Positions 50,396-63,805 of a DNA stretch of 64,000 nt are shown here, one piece after another. Numbering within the stretch: the stretch's first letter is position 1; the number at the start of each line of letters is the position of its first letter. Position numbers and translations under genes: made by a program. The notes under the pieces are model-generated. The model saw only the letters and a program-made list of their open reading frames with translations. It did not search any database and was not told where the DNA came from. The DNA comes from Ruditapes philippinarum (Eukaryota): positions 1 to 64,000 of the forward strand of contig NW_026861259.1 of NCBI RefSeq assembly GCF_026571515.1. The letters run 5' to 3'.

Positions 50396-52203
50396 ATGCG
50401 TCAATCCGACCTTTCTCGAATCTTTATCACCATTGGTAAAGGATAAGGTTTGTGTCGTGTTGGCAACATCTATTGTTATCAGTTTAAAACCAATAATCCA
50501 TCAGTTTGTTATGATTGAAATACGCTTAAAGTTGACATTGTATTGATACAGTTATACTAGTATTTAAGGATACTTACTTGTTACACCTCCCTCAAAATAG
50601 CGGATATCTGCTTTGTAATAACAGGATATGTATATCATGATATATTTAATGAATATCTCACGAACTTTTATGCCCTATGACAAAAGTTTTTTCCCATTGT
50701 TCTTCGAGCTTTGGAAGAAAGAAATGAAAACAATAACAAGGTCTTACCAACTTTCTGTGCAAATTTGAAATTAGAAATATGATACATCTTCCCAAATGTG
50801 CATAAACTATCGATCATGCAATTCAAAATACTACCTACAAAATAACAGTTTTACTTAATTCAACCGAATGTTAATAGAATATCAATTATGTAGCTTGTTA
50901 TAAGTTCATAGGTATGCTCAGGATGATACCTTTGTCGAATATTTACATTCTTAGTTTCATTTAACGCGCTTGATTTAAGTTTAAACTAAACTTTAATGAC
51001 ACTTCGATAACTGTATAATTATACAACATTACGTCTCATCTGCAGTTTGGCGATTGCGTCAGAGTGGAATGCATTTTCATATTTTATCAAGTAGTTATTA
51101 ATCAGCACTTTACATGTATTTTAAATAGTAACTTTCAATTCGAATTATATTCATTTGAATTCGTTTAGAATATTTAGTAGTGTCATGCCTTCGCAGCACA
51201 ATTGGAGCATTAAAATTCCTAAAGAACACCAAAACGGCAAAATTGAAAATGTTTCAGACTAAGTCTAATTGAGCCTGTTCATGGAAGTACTGTCAAGTGC
51301 AAGCTACTGTCTATGCCCCTTAATACCGGCTAATGCAGTATCAACATTAAATCATGTTATCATAAAATTTTGAATTTAGAAACAATCGCAGATGTTATCA
51401 TACGGCGGTGATTCATATACGGTAGCAAACCAATGCCTACATCCACAGCAAATTTGTTTGTTATTCATTTCATTTTTTTTTTGTCTAAGTACGATGAAAT
51501 ATAATGTGTTCTTATAACTATAGAAAATATTTCTACTTCTTATTTTATTGATTACGGAAATAACGGAATACTTCTATAAAATATCAATTCAGTCGCTATT
51601 TTTTTTTTTACGTTAAAAAACGACTGAGATTTATGGAAAGAGAATTTGTTTATTAAAGCATGATTCTTGTTAAAAAGGAATAAATTTAAACTTTTTAAAT
51701 TTAAAAATTTAAAAAAGGTGGGAAAAATGAAATAGAATTTCAAAAAAAACTTTTAAAAGAAATTTTTTTCCTTCAAAAAAACGTACTTTTAGAATATTAT
51801 AAGAACCTAGAACTTATTAAATTAAGGTATATTTGTTTGCTACTGTAACCTTATGTAGTACTAAAATATTGCAGTTATCAACATTTAGATCTTTTTTGAA
51901 GACATAATTACTTTGATTAGTGTTGTCACTTCTATCTTTCTTTAGGGGTATTTACCTCTTACCCTTGAAAGAGGGGGGGGGGGTAAATAAAAAAATCAGG
52001 GAGTATATAAATTTGTACAGTATATGAAGTATGCTCAAAGTGCAAAAAGTGTTTTATATCTCGTGGTAATTATGATGAATTAAAAAACACTTAATCTTTG
52101 TTACAAGAAGGAAATAAAATCAAATGGTTGTTTAAATATTTACATGTTGTCTCACAGGTTATTCTGCTTTGTACATTATGTAAAATCAAATATCAGAAAC
52201 AAA

Positions 52204-52512
52204 TGCTGCTGCTTCTGCTACTGCTGCNNNNNNNNNNNNNNNNNNNNNNNNNNNNNNNNNNNNNNNNNNNNNNNNNNNNNNNNNNNNNNNNNNNNNNNNN
52301 NNNNNNNNNNNNNNNNNNNNNNNNNNNNNNNNNNNNNNNNNNNNNNNNNNNNNNNNNNNNNNNNNNNNNNNNNNNNNNNNNNNNNNNNNNNNNNNNNNNN
52401 NNNNNNNNNNNNNNNNNNNNNNNNNNNNNNNNNNNNNNNNNNNNNNNNNNNNNNNNNNNNNNNNNNNNNNNNNNNNNNNNNNNNNNNNNNNNNNNNNNNN
52501 NTACATCTTCTT

Positions 52513-52544
<32 letters not shown>

Positions 52545-52595
52545 GCTGCTGCTGTTGCTGCTGCCGCTGCCGCTGCCGCTACCGCTACCACTACT
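52204..52595. other. Assembly gap (N at 52228-52501) flanked by (GCT)n/(ACT)n microsatellites
   Basis: 274 N bases with trinucleotide repeats on both sides. Confidence 0.99.
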
Positions 52596-54492
52596 TTTCA
52601 CGCTGTCTCTATCACTTATAATTAAATCATCTTAGGTTGTTAAGTGCTATAGACTAGTTTACATGACTTTAATTGTTCACTTGATGATAGCGTAATTGTT
52701 CGAAAGTTTCAAAAACCATGACATTGAAGTAAGTGTGCTGCTTTATTGCACGGTGCTCCGATTCTTAATTAAATAGTACAAAAAAGATATACAATTAAAG
52801 ACTTATTTCGAGGTCGATGTATTGTGTTTGGGTTGTTTTTTCACCTTAAACAAGTTATACCTTTCTCGCTTATCCGGTTAACAAGCTATATATTGACAGA
52901 AACATAAGTCACCATTTTTATATCGTAAACCATAAAAAATAGTGTATGCTCTTATTTCTTAAAGATTTTCTTTACCGTTGTTGTTCAAAGATTAAAATGC
53001 ATGATTTGTCTCAAAAACAAATAAATGTACTTCTGTAGAAAGGCAATCACGAATATAATAATGTTTGAAGAATGGTTTAAGAGAATGTTTTGATGCTTGT
53101 TACCTGAAGAAAGTTGCGAAAATGATTCAGGTAATTGGCAATAACCTTTTGGATACTATAAATGATCGTCAAACTAATAAAACTTTTGAGAAATAAAAAT
53201 AAAAGCATTTCTGGTATAATGGGCCTTTAAAAACTATAAAGGAGTGACACATGACTTCAGTTGTGAACAAAATAATTATATCAAATATCGTATGGGAGAT
53301 CTTCGTCTAATGATTGGGTTTGTTTCGGATCCCTGCTACAGTGTAAACTCACTGGCCAAATAATCAAATGTGCACAGGTTCTATTTCCAACATGTATTTA
53401 AGAAACGGAGGTCCCATGTATCTATTGGTGTTCTACACCGGGCATGTAAAAAAACACTAGTCCCTTTTGGAATTGGGCAACAACTGTATAACTCACTACT
53501 CTTGAAAAAAACTCAACTAACCCAGCAATATGGCAAAATTGAATGATATATTACAAAGGGTTATTAATCAAATCGCCTTGTGTCGCTATCTTACAGCGGT
53601 AGCCTCCCCTTCACTATACAGAAACGACAACCGGTGACAAATATTATTCGGCTTGCATTTTATCGGTAAATACCAATCATTTTTGTACATGTATAAAACA
53701 TTTGTACATGTTTATAAACATTTTTCCTTCAAATTTATTAATATATACAATGTTGACCTTCGATCTTTCAAAGATTTAAAATTAGGAAGCAGTGACACCT
53801 TACTGAAATTATTTTCAGGTTTCATATATAATAAATTTACTGTTTTTTTTATTCTGACTTCTTATTTTTAAATCCTTTTGTATTAATTGTATAAAAAAAC
53901 ATTAATTTTTCTTTTGACATATCTCATAAAAGGCATTGCCCATGGTTTCATTTTATAATTTCGTTATTTGGGTTTCCCCGCATGCCAAGTTTGGGCCCGA
54001 GTATCGATAAAAAAAATGTTCTGCACCGGAAAATAAAAAAAAACTAGGGCCCCCTTGGAAAATGCAGAACTTTATTTATGCATGCCCCAAAGAAAAAAAA
54101 AGCAAATTTAAATTATAAAATTGGCAAAAATTTAATGGTACCTGACAAAGGTTTGTTAATCGAATCGCTTTGGTTTGCAGTCTTACAGCAGTTACTTCCC
54201 CTTCAGAATACAGTTAAGATAATTGGTGACAAATATCCCTCGACTTTTGACTTGGAATTTTCGATAAATACGAAATGTATCATAGTATGCGGACCTTTCT
54301 GTTTAAAATGTGTCCGAGTTAAATTGTATACATATACATGCACCGTGCGTTAACTGGATTGCAGGTGTTATTTGCCCGCACTCCAGAGCATACCCATTGA
54401 TTGGCTCATTTTTGCTGGAGTTTACTTATTGTGACGGAAGAGAAAGGGAAAGCGACAGAAATATCATATTAAGATGCTCGTTCATTGGTTAC

Positions 54493-55570
54493 TTTTCTCC
54501 GGGGTTTCATATTGTGCCCACAGGGAACGTGGTTTTATGTTTCACTATGATACAAAAGAGGAGGAACATCAAAACACTCGACAGTTTGAACTGGCGTCTA
54601 CAAAATCATGATGATGAAAAACACAACTTAAGGTCTCTGCAAAAAGAATCAATTAGATAGCCACGGGTTTTGATGCTCTTTCTATTACTTATTCTTGCAC
54701 ATGCATTTATACATTAATATAAATTCAGAAATTATTTAAGACGAAAAGAAATGTGACAGTAAGACACGGGTGCCTCGTTTCTGCTGTAGCGGATGACGAA
54801 ATGCAAAATGTATGCATTACATAAATGCGATAATGTACAAACATGTTATACTTCAATTAGATCACAAGGTAAAAATATGTGCTGTCAATACTGATTTTTA
54901 TTTTTAAACTTAAAGCAGCATGCTTCCAGACGCTATTTTTTATTAATATGTATTTATAAGTTAAATATTGTGAAGCGAACAAAAAATGTTATTTACACAT
55001 TGTACATTGCAAATCGCCCATACAATCCACGTTTTCTCCGGGGTTTCATATTGTGACCACAGGGAACGTGGTTTTATGTTTCACTATGATACAAAAGAGG
55101 AGGAACATCAAAACACTCGACAGTTTGAACTGGCGTCTACAAAATCATGATGATGAAAAACACAACTTAAGGTCTCTGCAAAAAGAATCAATTAGATAGC
55201 CACGAGTTTTGATGCTCTTTCTATTACTTATTCTTGCACATGCATTTATACATTAATATAAATTCAGAAATTATTTAAGACGAAAAGAAATGTGACAGTA
55301 AGACACGGGTGCCTCGTTTCTGCTGTAGCGGATGACGAAATGCAAAATGTATGCATTACATAAATGCGATAATGTACAAACATGTTATACTTCAATTAGA
55401 TCACAAGGTAAAAATATGTGCTGTCAATACTGATTTTTATTTTTAAACTTAAAGCAGCATGCTTCCAGACGCTATTTTTATTAATATGTATTTATAAGTT
55501 AAATATTGTGAAGCGAACAAAAAATGTTATTTACACATTGTACATTGCAAACCGCCCATACAATCCACGT
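54493..55570 (+). repeat. 539-bp direct tandem duplication
   Basis: TTTTCTCCGGGGTTTCATATTGTG starts at 54493 and at 55032. The copies differ by only a few substitutions. Confidence 0.93.
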
Positions 55571-58073
55571 AAGTTCCTAACAAATATGTACAATAAGCAA
55601 AAATAGCATTTACTGTGTTTGTCATGCAGTAAAATATGTTGATAAATACTGCAAAATCAGTCATTATACGCACAAAACATGTAAATTATTACTTCAATCT
55701 CGATTCTCCATGTCATGTCTTATATACTCTTGAAGGTCGGTGGATCTGTTTTCTAGCTCCTGCATAAAACGTTGCATATAAGGAAACTTAAAAAAAATTC
55801 TCCACCAGAAAAACTCACAAGTCGCTAATGGAAGGTTTCCATGAACAGGCTCAATCAAACCGAGCCTGCAACATTTTACAATTTTGCCGTGTTGGGTTTT
55901 CTTTAGGGATTCTGTTTTCTCTATTTTAACACATTAAAGTTAAGAAAAAGAAAAGATTTTTGAGTCAAGCTTGTTTTATTTTCAAACCATTTGTGATTTG
56001 ACATTTTAACATTTGAGCCAAATTATGGAATGATTTTTGTTGTCTTGTGGTTGTGGTTGTTGTTACTGTTATTGTACATTATATCTATATTTATATATAT
56101 AGAAATATATCAACAACGTATCATCCGCTTTATATTTACAATATCATCCGTTATTCTATGTTTGTTTTTCTTATTGTTAATAAATTCAGAGTCGTCTGCT
56201 AGCACTAGTCGTACCACGTCAGGACTAATTTCAACAGAACCAAGAATATTTGACTAACAAAGTGTGTTGGGTCACAGTACATTTAGTGAATGTAGAGATA
56301 AGAAAATTAAATCTGAGATTTCGATGAGGTCTGCTATATTTGAAAAGGGAAAATACGAAATATGTGGCAAAATTGTTGCTTAATGCAGTAAATATTTGCC
56401 AATATTTGTAACAACTGTACAGTATTTGCTACTACTGTTCTTAGAGATAAAGGAGTTAACTGTGATGGTATCTATGGATTTCACTGGGCATAGAGTTGTT
56501 ATGAAAAGACTTATTTCATTTTGAATGAGTGGAGTTGTTGTTTTATTTCAATTGTCCGTTAGGGCATATGCAATAAGACAACTATAAAGCAGGTTGGACA
56601 TTTGAAAAAAATAGGACGGATCTTATGTCCTATTTCTTGGCACATTATATCTAAATATATTTTGAATTGATAAAACTGCTTGCGATACCCGGTAATGGGT
56701 CTATAAGTACAAATAAAGCTTAATGTTTTACCAAATATGACCCTTGTTTTTTTTACCTTAATCTTTGATGAAAACATACATACGAAAACAAACTATTATA
56801 TACTAAATATGACCTTTATTTTTGGAAACAACATACATTTAAAACTAAATATGTGAATACGATTTTTTTTCAGTATTAAAACAATGTTTATAGCCTATAC
56901 AAATCCAAAGTACAGTGTGAACGAAAAAATAGAAAAAAAAAGAAAAGTAAATATCAAAATGCTATTTTTACATTATAAATCATACAGTGATCAGAAAAGA
57001 TTGTTTAAAAAAAAAACGTTACTATAATTTAAGAAAGAAAAAAGTACGTATAATAAAACATGACTGTAATCTTTCATTTAGAATCAAATTACTACATACT
57101 TAATATGCCGTTTATCTTTTATAAAAAGCAAACGTTTAAAACAAACTGTTACATACTAAATACGACCTTTACCTTTGATAAAAAAAACATGCGTATAAAA
57201 CAAAATGTTATATACTAAATATGAACGTTATCGAAAAAAAGCACATTTTAAACAAACCATAATCTATAATACACTAAATATGACCATTATCTTTCATAAA
57301 AACATACATTTAAAATCAAACTACTACATAATAAATTTGACGTTTATCTTTAGAACTACGGTTCTTGCGTAAATGATAAAAAATGAAAAGGGCTTTCTGT
57401 TTCTGCCTTATCTTGGATGCATTGAAGTATCACAAGGGTTGTATTTTTACTTTTAAATTTACGTATACACGTGTCATATAAAATTGTAATCAAAAAGGGG
57501 TAGAATTAAGGCCAATCTGCCATATTTATAAGTAGCGACTTGCATTCTATATATTCATAAACGTTGGCATTACTCCGATAACCGGGGAGGACGCAGTGCC
57601 AGCAGTAATAAGATGCATGCATTTACAACATATTTTTAATTCCAAAGGATTTACTTTGTGTGCAAATCAATAATTTTCATGCAAAAGCCACATGTAAATA
57701 GACGCCAAAGTATATGTTTTTGTTTTTTAAGCTGTAGCTTGGAACCGTTGTGAGTTCGTATTTAGAGTTATGATGTCTATCCGGATATATGGTTACTCGT
57801 TCAAATATATCTTCATGTTGAGTACAATGATGTTAATTAACCTGATCTTTTATTTACCATTAGTAAGATAACGCAGTAATGAAATATTGTGACATTGTGT
57901 TTACATAATTATACCAAGTAAGTAATATCAACTGTCTTTTAACTAGCTCATTAATGAAAAGGGTTTAATACTTATCCACAGAGTCATTTTTCTTTTGTTT
58001 TCATAAACATGTTTGATAATATTTAATAATTATATTACAATTCGTGTGAAATTATAAGCAGTTAATAATGTAT

Positions 58074-61000
58074 TTATTTATTGAGCAAAACTCCGGAAAA
58101 TGTGTTCCAATAGTATGAAGGATGATGTTGGATTATTTTACCAGAGTCACTCAAAGACGGCTCAACCCACACGCTCTGTCCAGCTTTTAACACAACGACA
58201 GTGTCAGCTGTATGACAGTCGTTATTATCTTTGTCTTGAATGTATGTCCTAGTATATGCTACACCATCAACCATTATATCCGCGTACAAATACTTGCTAC
58301 CCAGCACACATAATGCTATAGTAAATAGATATGTTCCGTTTATTGCGGCCGTAAATTTCCCTGTCTGACTGTTGTAACCTTCTCCTTCATTGAAGAGTAC
58401 TACAGGAAACACTATAACTTGACCTACAGGAACGGCAGTGTGACCATTTAGCCTTGCCTTGAATGCCACAGTTGGTGTCACAATCTTATCTGAAATAAGA
58501 TCATTAGTAGGGTTTACAATTAGATATGGTTATGAAAGACACATTAATAGAAGGTATTGAATGTGTGCACACTTCGCCAAATTGCTACATGGCCACCTAC
58601 ATTTTATCACATCTGGATTAAAAAAGAGAATAACAGGCTGTGCTTCTAATTTCATTTATTTCTTGTATGTAAAACAAAACGTTGTTGAAATTTTCTAAAG
58701 GGAACAAGCATAATGGAGCGGGTTTACATGGTCAGTCTTCAAACAACAACTGAAAAATGAAACTATGTGACTGTTATATATGCTTTTGTTTCAATACTAT
58801 ATATTTTAACTCGATGCGACAATTAAAGCAAGAAATTGGTACAAGTATCTATAAAACTATGTATCTAATTTTACAAATCATGTGGCGAAACTGGCGACTG
58901 CCTAATAATTATGTTTAATAACACACCTAAGTTCCCTGAAATAAGAAAAAAACGACCGGGACACGAACTTAAATATGTTACAAATGTCCCGTAAGGTTAA
59001 ACACAGAGACTCTTGATCTTATTTACAAGCTTTATTCCATCAATTACCTATTAGGTTGATAACGCTAATGATTTGTACTTCTATCAATAAAGTTAACATA
59101 GTGCAGCTACAAAGATGCTTTACTAACCAAGACGCCGGCAGGGATAATCAGACCGATTGTGGGCATTTTAAGCAGCTCATTCTTGGAAAGTTTAATATTT
59201 TTCATAAAAGAAAATCAAGAAAGAACGCATTTACACTAAATACCACAACTTCAATGCCGTGCACGAGAAACGTAAGTGTTTTATCAATTTACGCACGTGC
59301 CGTTCCGCATGGATAATTTTGCATGCAAATACATAATGTATTTTCTTTTATTTGATTGATAGATAATTGTGTACAATACTAAAATAACCATTTATTTAGA
59401 TCGCAAACCATTCCTTAAGATCTCAAAATATTTTATCATGAAAAATGGTCAATAAGACACTCTTTGAAGTTCAGATTTAAAACTATATTTTTAACGAATT
59501 AATAAAGTCATACTGTGCGAGCTTCTGGCATTTTTCCCCATTTTCTCGTTTTAATAGTGTAACGCTAAAATAATGCAGTCTTCGCCTATAAAGCTAGCAA
59601 ATCGCCATTTGACCATTTATCTGTGTTGGTGCAACTCAACAGAAAATAAATAAATAAATAGATAAAAATGAAATAAAAATAAAGGAATGTAAGAAGACAG
59701 AAGACACGTATTTGTAATTTTTTACAATTAAGTTACAATCTTTGTATCCTTTTTTGATAACTTGTATCATAAATCTACCTCTATGTTTAAGTTAAACTGA
59801 GTTATAAATCAATGGTTTCTTTATTAATTTCTTTTTAACATTTAAAATATTGACAGGTTGTTTTACAGGTTATCATGCTTTTTACCTTACAAACAAATAG
59901 CAGAATAACAGTAATAGAAACTTGTTTTTAAGAATAATATTCAAACAATAAGTCATCATAAAAATTGAAAAAAAAATAAACAAATACATTTACAGAGAAT
60001 TACAGGTTAGATCGTTTTGAGAAGACGATTATTGAAAATTCAGAACACATTAATTATGTTTTGAACACAGGCGCTAGTCACATAATCAAATATTTTACAT
60101 AACCGGTCTATATATGTATATAAAGATATAAGGCCCCCAACGAAACAAAAACATCATGCGGAACAAGCAAGAACACTGCTGCAAGAAAGGACCAGATCAC
60201 GGTTATCTCTTTCTGGTCGCCATCTGAAAGGGTCAATCCAAGCGTTAACGCTTTTTATTTCATTAAAATCCCTCAAATATTAAAGAAATGAGTACAAGTT
60301 TCACAAAATGCCAATATTTTCAATCCATGTCGTTTTCGACGTCCAATCTTTTCATGTATACAAACACGATTTCTGGTCGATTTTTACGAAAAAAACAAAA
60401 AACGGCTAGAATTTCCACGTACGTTCCATAAACAAACTCTTTTCCTATCGATCTGCGAAGTCTTAACTGATCAAATGCCCTCTTCATACGTAATTCATTA
60501 AAAAATACACAAGGATCTCGCTTGTGACAGTATATTTTATCGCCATGTATATACTGTTCTGCTCTGAATATCATACAAGGATTTGATTGGTTAAGATAAT
60601 TATCGGAATACTATTGACCAATCGTATAATACTATTTCTTTGCTTCATTTACCTGTCACTTCAAAGTAAAAATGGCGCACTTTACTCGATTTCCGTTTCT
60701 ACAAACAATAATTTTTAAATATTTGCGTACAAAGAGGGCTCTAGTTCAATTTAGACTTCGCAGATTGATAGAAAAAGAGTTTGTTTATGAAATTTATGAG
60801 GAAATTTTAGACGTTTTCTGTTTATTTCGTAGAAATCGACCAGAAATCGTGTTTGTATACATGAATAGATTGGACGTCGAAAACGACATGGATTGAAAAT
60901 ATTGGCATTTTGTGAAACTTTTACTCATTTCTTTGCTATTTGAAGAATTTTAATGAAATAAAAAGCGTTAACGCTTGGATTGATCCTTTCAGATGGCGAC

Positions 61001-61902
61001 CAGAAAGAGATAACCGTGATCTGGTCGTTTCTTGCAGCAGTGTTCTTGCTTGTTCCGCATGATGTTTTTGTTTCGTTGGGGGCCTTATATCTTTATATAC
61101 ATATATAGACCGGTTATGTAAAATATTTGATTATGTGACTAGCGCCTGTGGTTTTGAATACTTAAATAAGTAAAATGGTAAATTTTTAACTGTGAAGTTG
61201 AGTTGAATTTGTAATATTTATTTTTAAAAAACTGCTAAAACAAATAAAAATGAATATGATTCAATATGAAAATTACCCAAATTATAAAAAGACTGCCCCA
61301 CTCTTTTTAAGAATTGTGCGTTACCAATGAATGTTCTGAACGATATTTATAGAATGTCCGTTGTTCAAATAGAATTTTCATGTTTTTTCATGGTAAAGTT
61401 AAAAATTAAACACAATATTGACAAATGTCTAGTTAGTTTTCTATTTACCCGCTCAGTGACCATTTACACTCGGATGGGCATATATATGTGCAAATATAAT
61501 CTATGAAGTACATAGCATTGTTTCGTTTTAAAAATAGTGTGAATAAAGCTTATATGACTAATTAGTTTTACCTTTGAGAATTTGCAGTTCCTTTAATTTT
61601 GTATCAATAACCTCTGACGTTTTGTTTTGAAGTGCTTCCATTTTCTCACTTAACTTTTCCTGTGTTGTTTTAATGGTATTCGAATTTTTTGCCTCTTTTT
61701 CATCCATTTCATTCAGTTTCCGGTCAACACTTTTCACTGTTTGTTCCATTTCAGATTCCATTCTCTCCATTTGAAATTCCATGCGAACCATTTTCTCTAA
61801 AACTTTCTCTTCAAAATCATATTTTGAACAGTGGGGTTCCTCTGAATTTGCATATATGAATAGGTAATTCAAAAAGAAAATTTTACAAAATGAAATTCTC
61901 AT
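58074..61902 (-). CDS. C1q-domain-containing secreted protein, copy A; exons 61902-61572 and 58489-58074; 248 aa; one 40-aa repeat
   Basis: MRISFCKIFF signal peptide, CSKYDFEEK block, G|GTAAAA..TTTCAG|AT splice sites and a complete gC1q domain. Confidence 0.92.
60066..61150. mobile_element. Foldback non-autonomous DNA transposon with CACAGG...CCTGTG ends and 8-bp TSD (P-element-like)
   Basis: ~440-bp inverted arms. GTTTTGAA at 60058-60065 and 61151-61158, with a single copy at the paralogous empty site ~38683. Confidence 0.85.
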
Positions 61903-63065
61903 CTTTATTTTCAAAGTGACACAAACGTATCTTCAAATTCGAAGAAGTTTAAATAAAAAGGAAGAGGGTCTAGTATGAGGGAAGCACAAAGAACATTAGT
62001 CTTATGTACTACAAATTTAACACCGTGAGTGAGGGAAGTTTAAAAAGTACAATCAAAAGTGTTTTTCATATTAAATTTGTAGTTCTAAATAAAGTTTAAT
62101 AGGAATATAGTTATGTGGAAAAGCATTTAAACTGTTGAGAAATTTATAGTTATTCACAATCCATTAACTACTTTACATTATGCACATTATACCTCAGAAA
62201 TCAATAGTTTCTTAATTCTCTATATACATGTATGTCAAATTTGAGTTTCATAATGTTAGAGCATGTTAGATATTGAACAGCTGAAAATAAGCTTTGAACG
62301 TAAAGTTATATATCGTAAAGGTAGGAAAATACAGATAAAGTAGTATTTTGACTTCCATACAAAATACTCATGCACTATAATTATACCAATTGCTAGTAGA
62401 GCGAAAGGTATAAAAGATAGATCTTGTATATACCAAATTAGTATGATTTTGAAACCTGAAACAAGATACAGTTTTTGAGAAATTAAAATGATACCATTTC
62501 TCAGGCATAATGGGCTTTAAGCAAAAATATGTCTTACATTTCGATTCTAGGCAATTTTATAAAAGATATCTATGAATGGTGATTCATCAGGCTTAGCCTA
62601 AACTGTACTTGCTTTTAGACCACTTTTTTAAATCTTATATATACAGTATATTAGTTTGCAGTTTAAAACATTTATAATTAACTATATATATCTTGGATTT
62701 TTGTAATAGTTGCTGCATATATGCAAATAAACTGTAAATGAATATTGCTACTTATATTTGAATATAGCACATTATAATATTCGTCATGTAAAACTTCGAG
62801 AGCAAAGTTATATTCATTAAGGCGTCAGAGGCGAAACAGAATTCATAAAGACATCATGTCATGGGCGTAATGAAATAGACGAAGACTGCATGGAATAAAC
62901 GATATTCATGGAGAGTGGATGGAAGGAATGATACTCATGAAGACTGCAAATAAGATTAAGGTTACTTACCAGTTTTACTGGTGGGGGAAGACCTGAGATG
63001 CCTTTTCGTGCATTATTTAAGGCAAAAAGGTAATCGTAGTAAAACTACCGACGTTCCGTGACTTA

Positions 63066-63805
63066 AGGCCTCAACAGACGGTAGGATTTAGTTGTACAGC
63101 ACTAATTAGAGATAAGATGTACAATTTTCAAAGCTATACAACACTTGCATTCAGAAGGTAATTCTACACTGTAAGAATCATCTGAGGTTTCCCCTAAAAA
63201 GGATCCCTTTACATTGATCTTATACATACTTTACTCACTAAATACTTTTTTCGCCATGAGTAATGATTGAAACACCTCCATTAAAAAATATATATATATC
63301 TTTTTAATGTGAAGTGAAGCCTGACCGAGACTCAAACCTGGGACCCTCGGAATACCGTACTGCGGCTCTACTGACTAAGCTATCTGACCGCATACAAACT
63401 ACCTCCCCTCCCGTAATTAGAGAAAAATTCAATACCGTGACATAATCATTTTCGGAATAATTTGGGATTCGAACATAACACAACTTTGGGTCTCCTGAAG
63501 AGCTTTTCAACATCATTTTTACCCCATCTTACTACTATGTTTACTTTTTAGCCCTAATTGTTCTGGAATTTCATTCATAACACCCATTATCAGGAGATAA
63601 TTTGGTTATCTGTTACTTGTCATTGTGGGAGGTCTGTAAAAATCTGTACGACAAGATTTTCAAAATAGAACATGTCCTATCCCTTACATCTAGACTTAAG
63701 GTTTCCGAAATCAAGAAATAGTAGCCTTCACACATTAAGATTTGTCTGTACATCTTAGTTTTAATTGGATGTTGTACTTCAAAATCCTTCCGTCTGTTGA
63801 GGCCT
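63066..63805. mobile_element. PIF/Harbinger-type MITE
   Basis: 24-bp TIR AGGCCTCAACAGACGG(T/A)AGGATTT and TTA TSD (63063-63065, 63806-63808). Empty site CTTAGCTAGATAG at ~41585. Confidence 0.85.
63314..63391 (-). other. tRNA-like sequence (pseudo-tRNA or SINE head) inside the Harbinger MITE
   Basis: Minus strand GCGGTCAGATAGCTTAGTCAGTAGAGC..GGTCCCAGGTTTGAGTCTCGGTCAGGC carries A- and B-box-like motifs with imperfect stems. Confidence 0.55.

Noticed and set aside
52098-52635. Long ORFs with X runs
   Set aside because: Assembly gap plus microsatellites.
63314-63391. Functional tRNA gene
   Set aside because: Degenerate D and T loops, imperfect acceptor and anticodon stems, and location inside a MITE.
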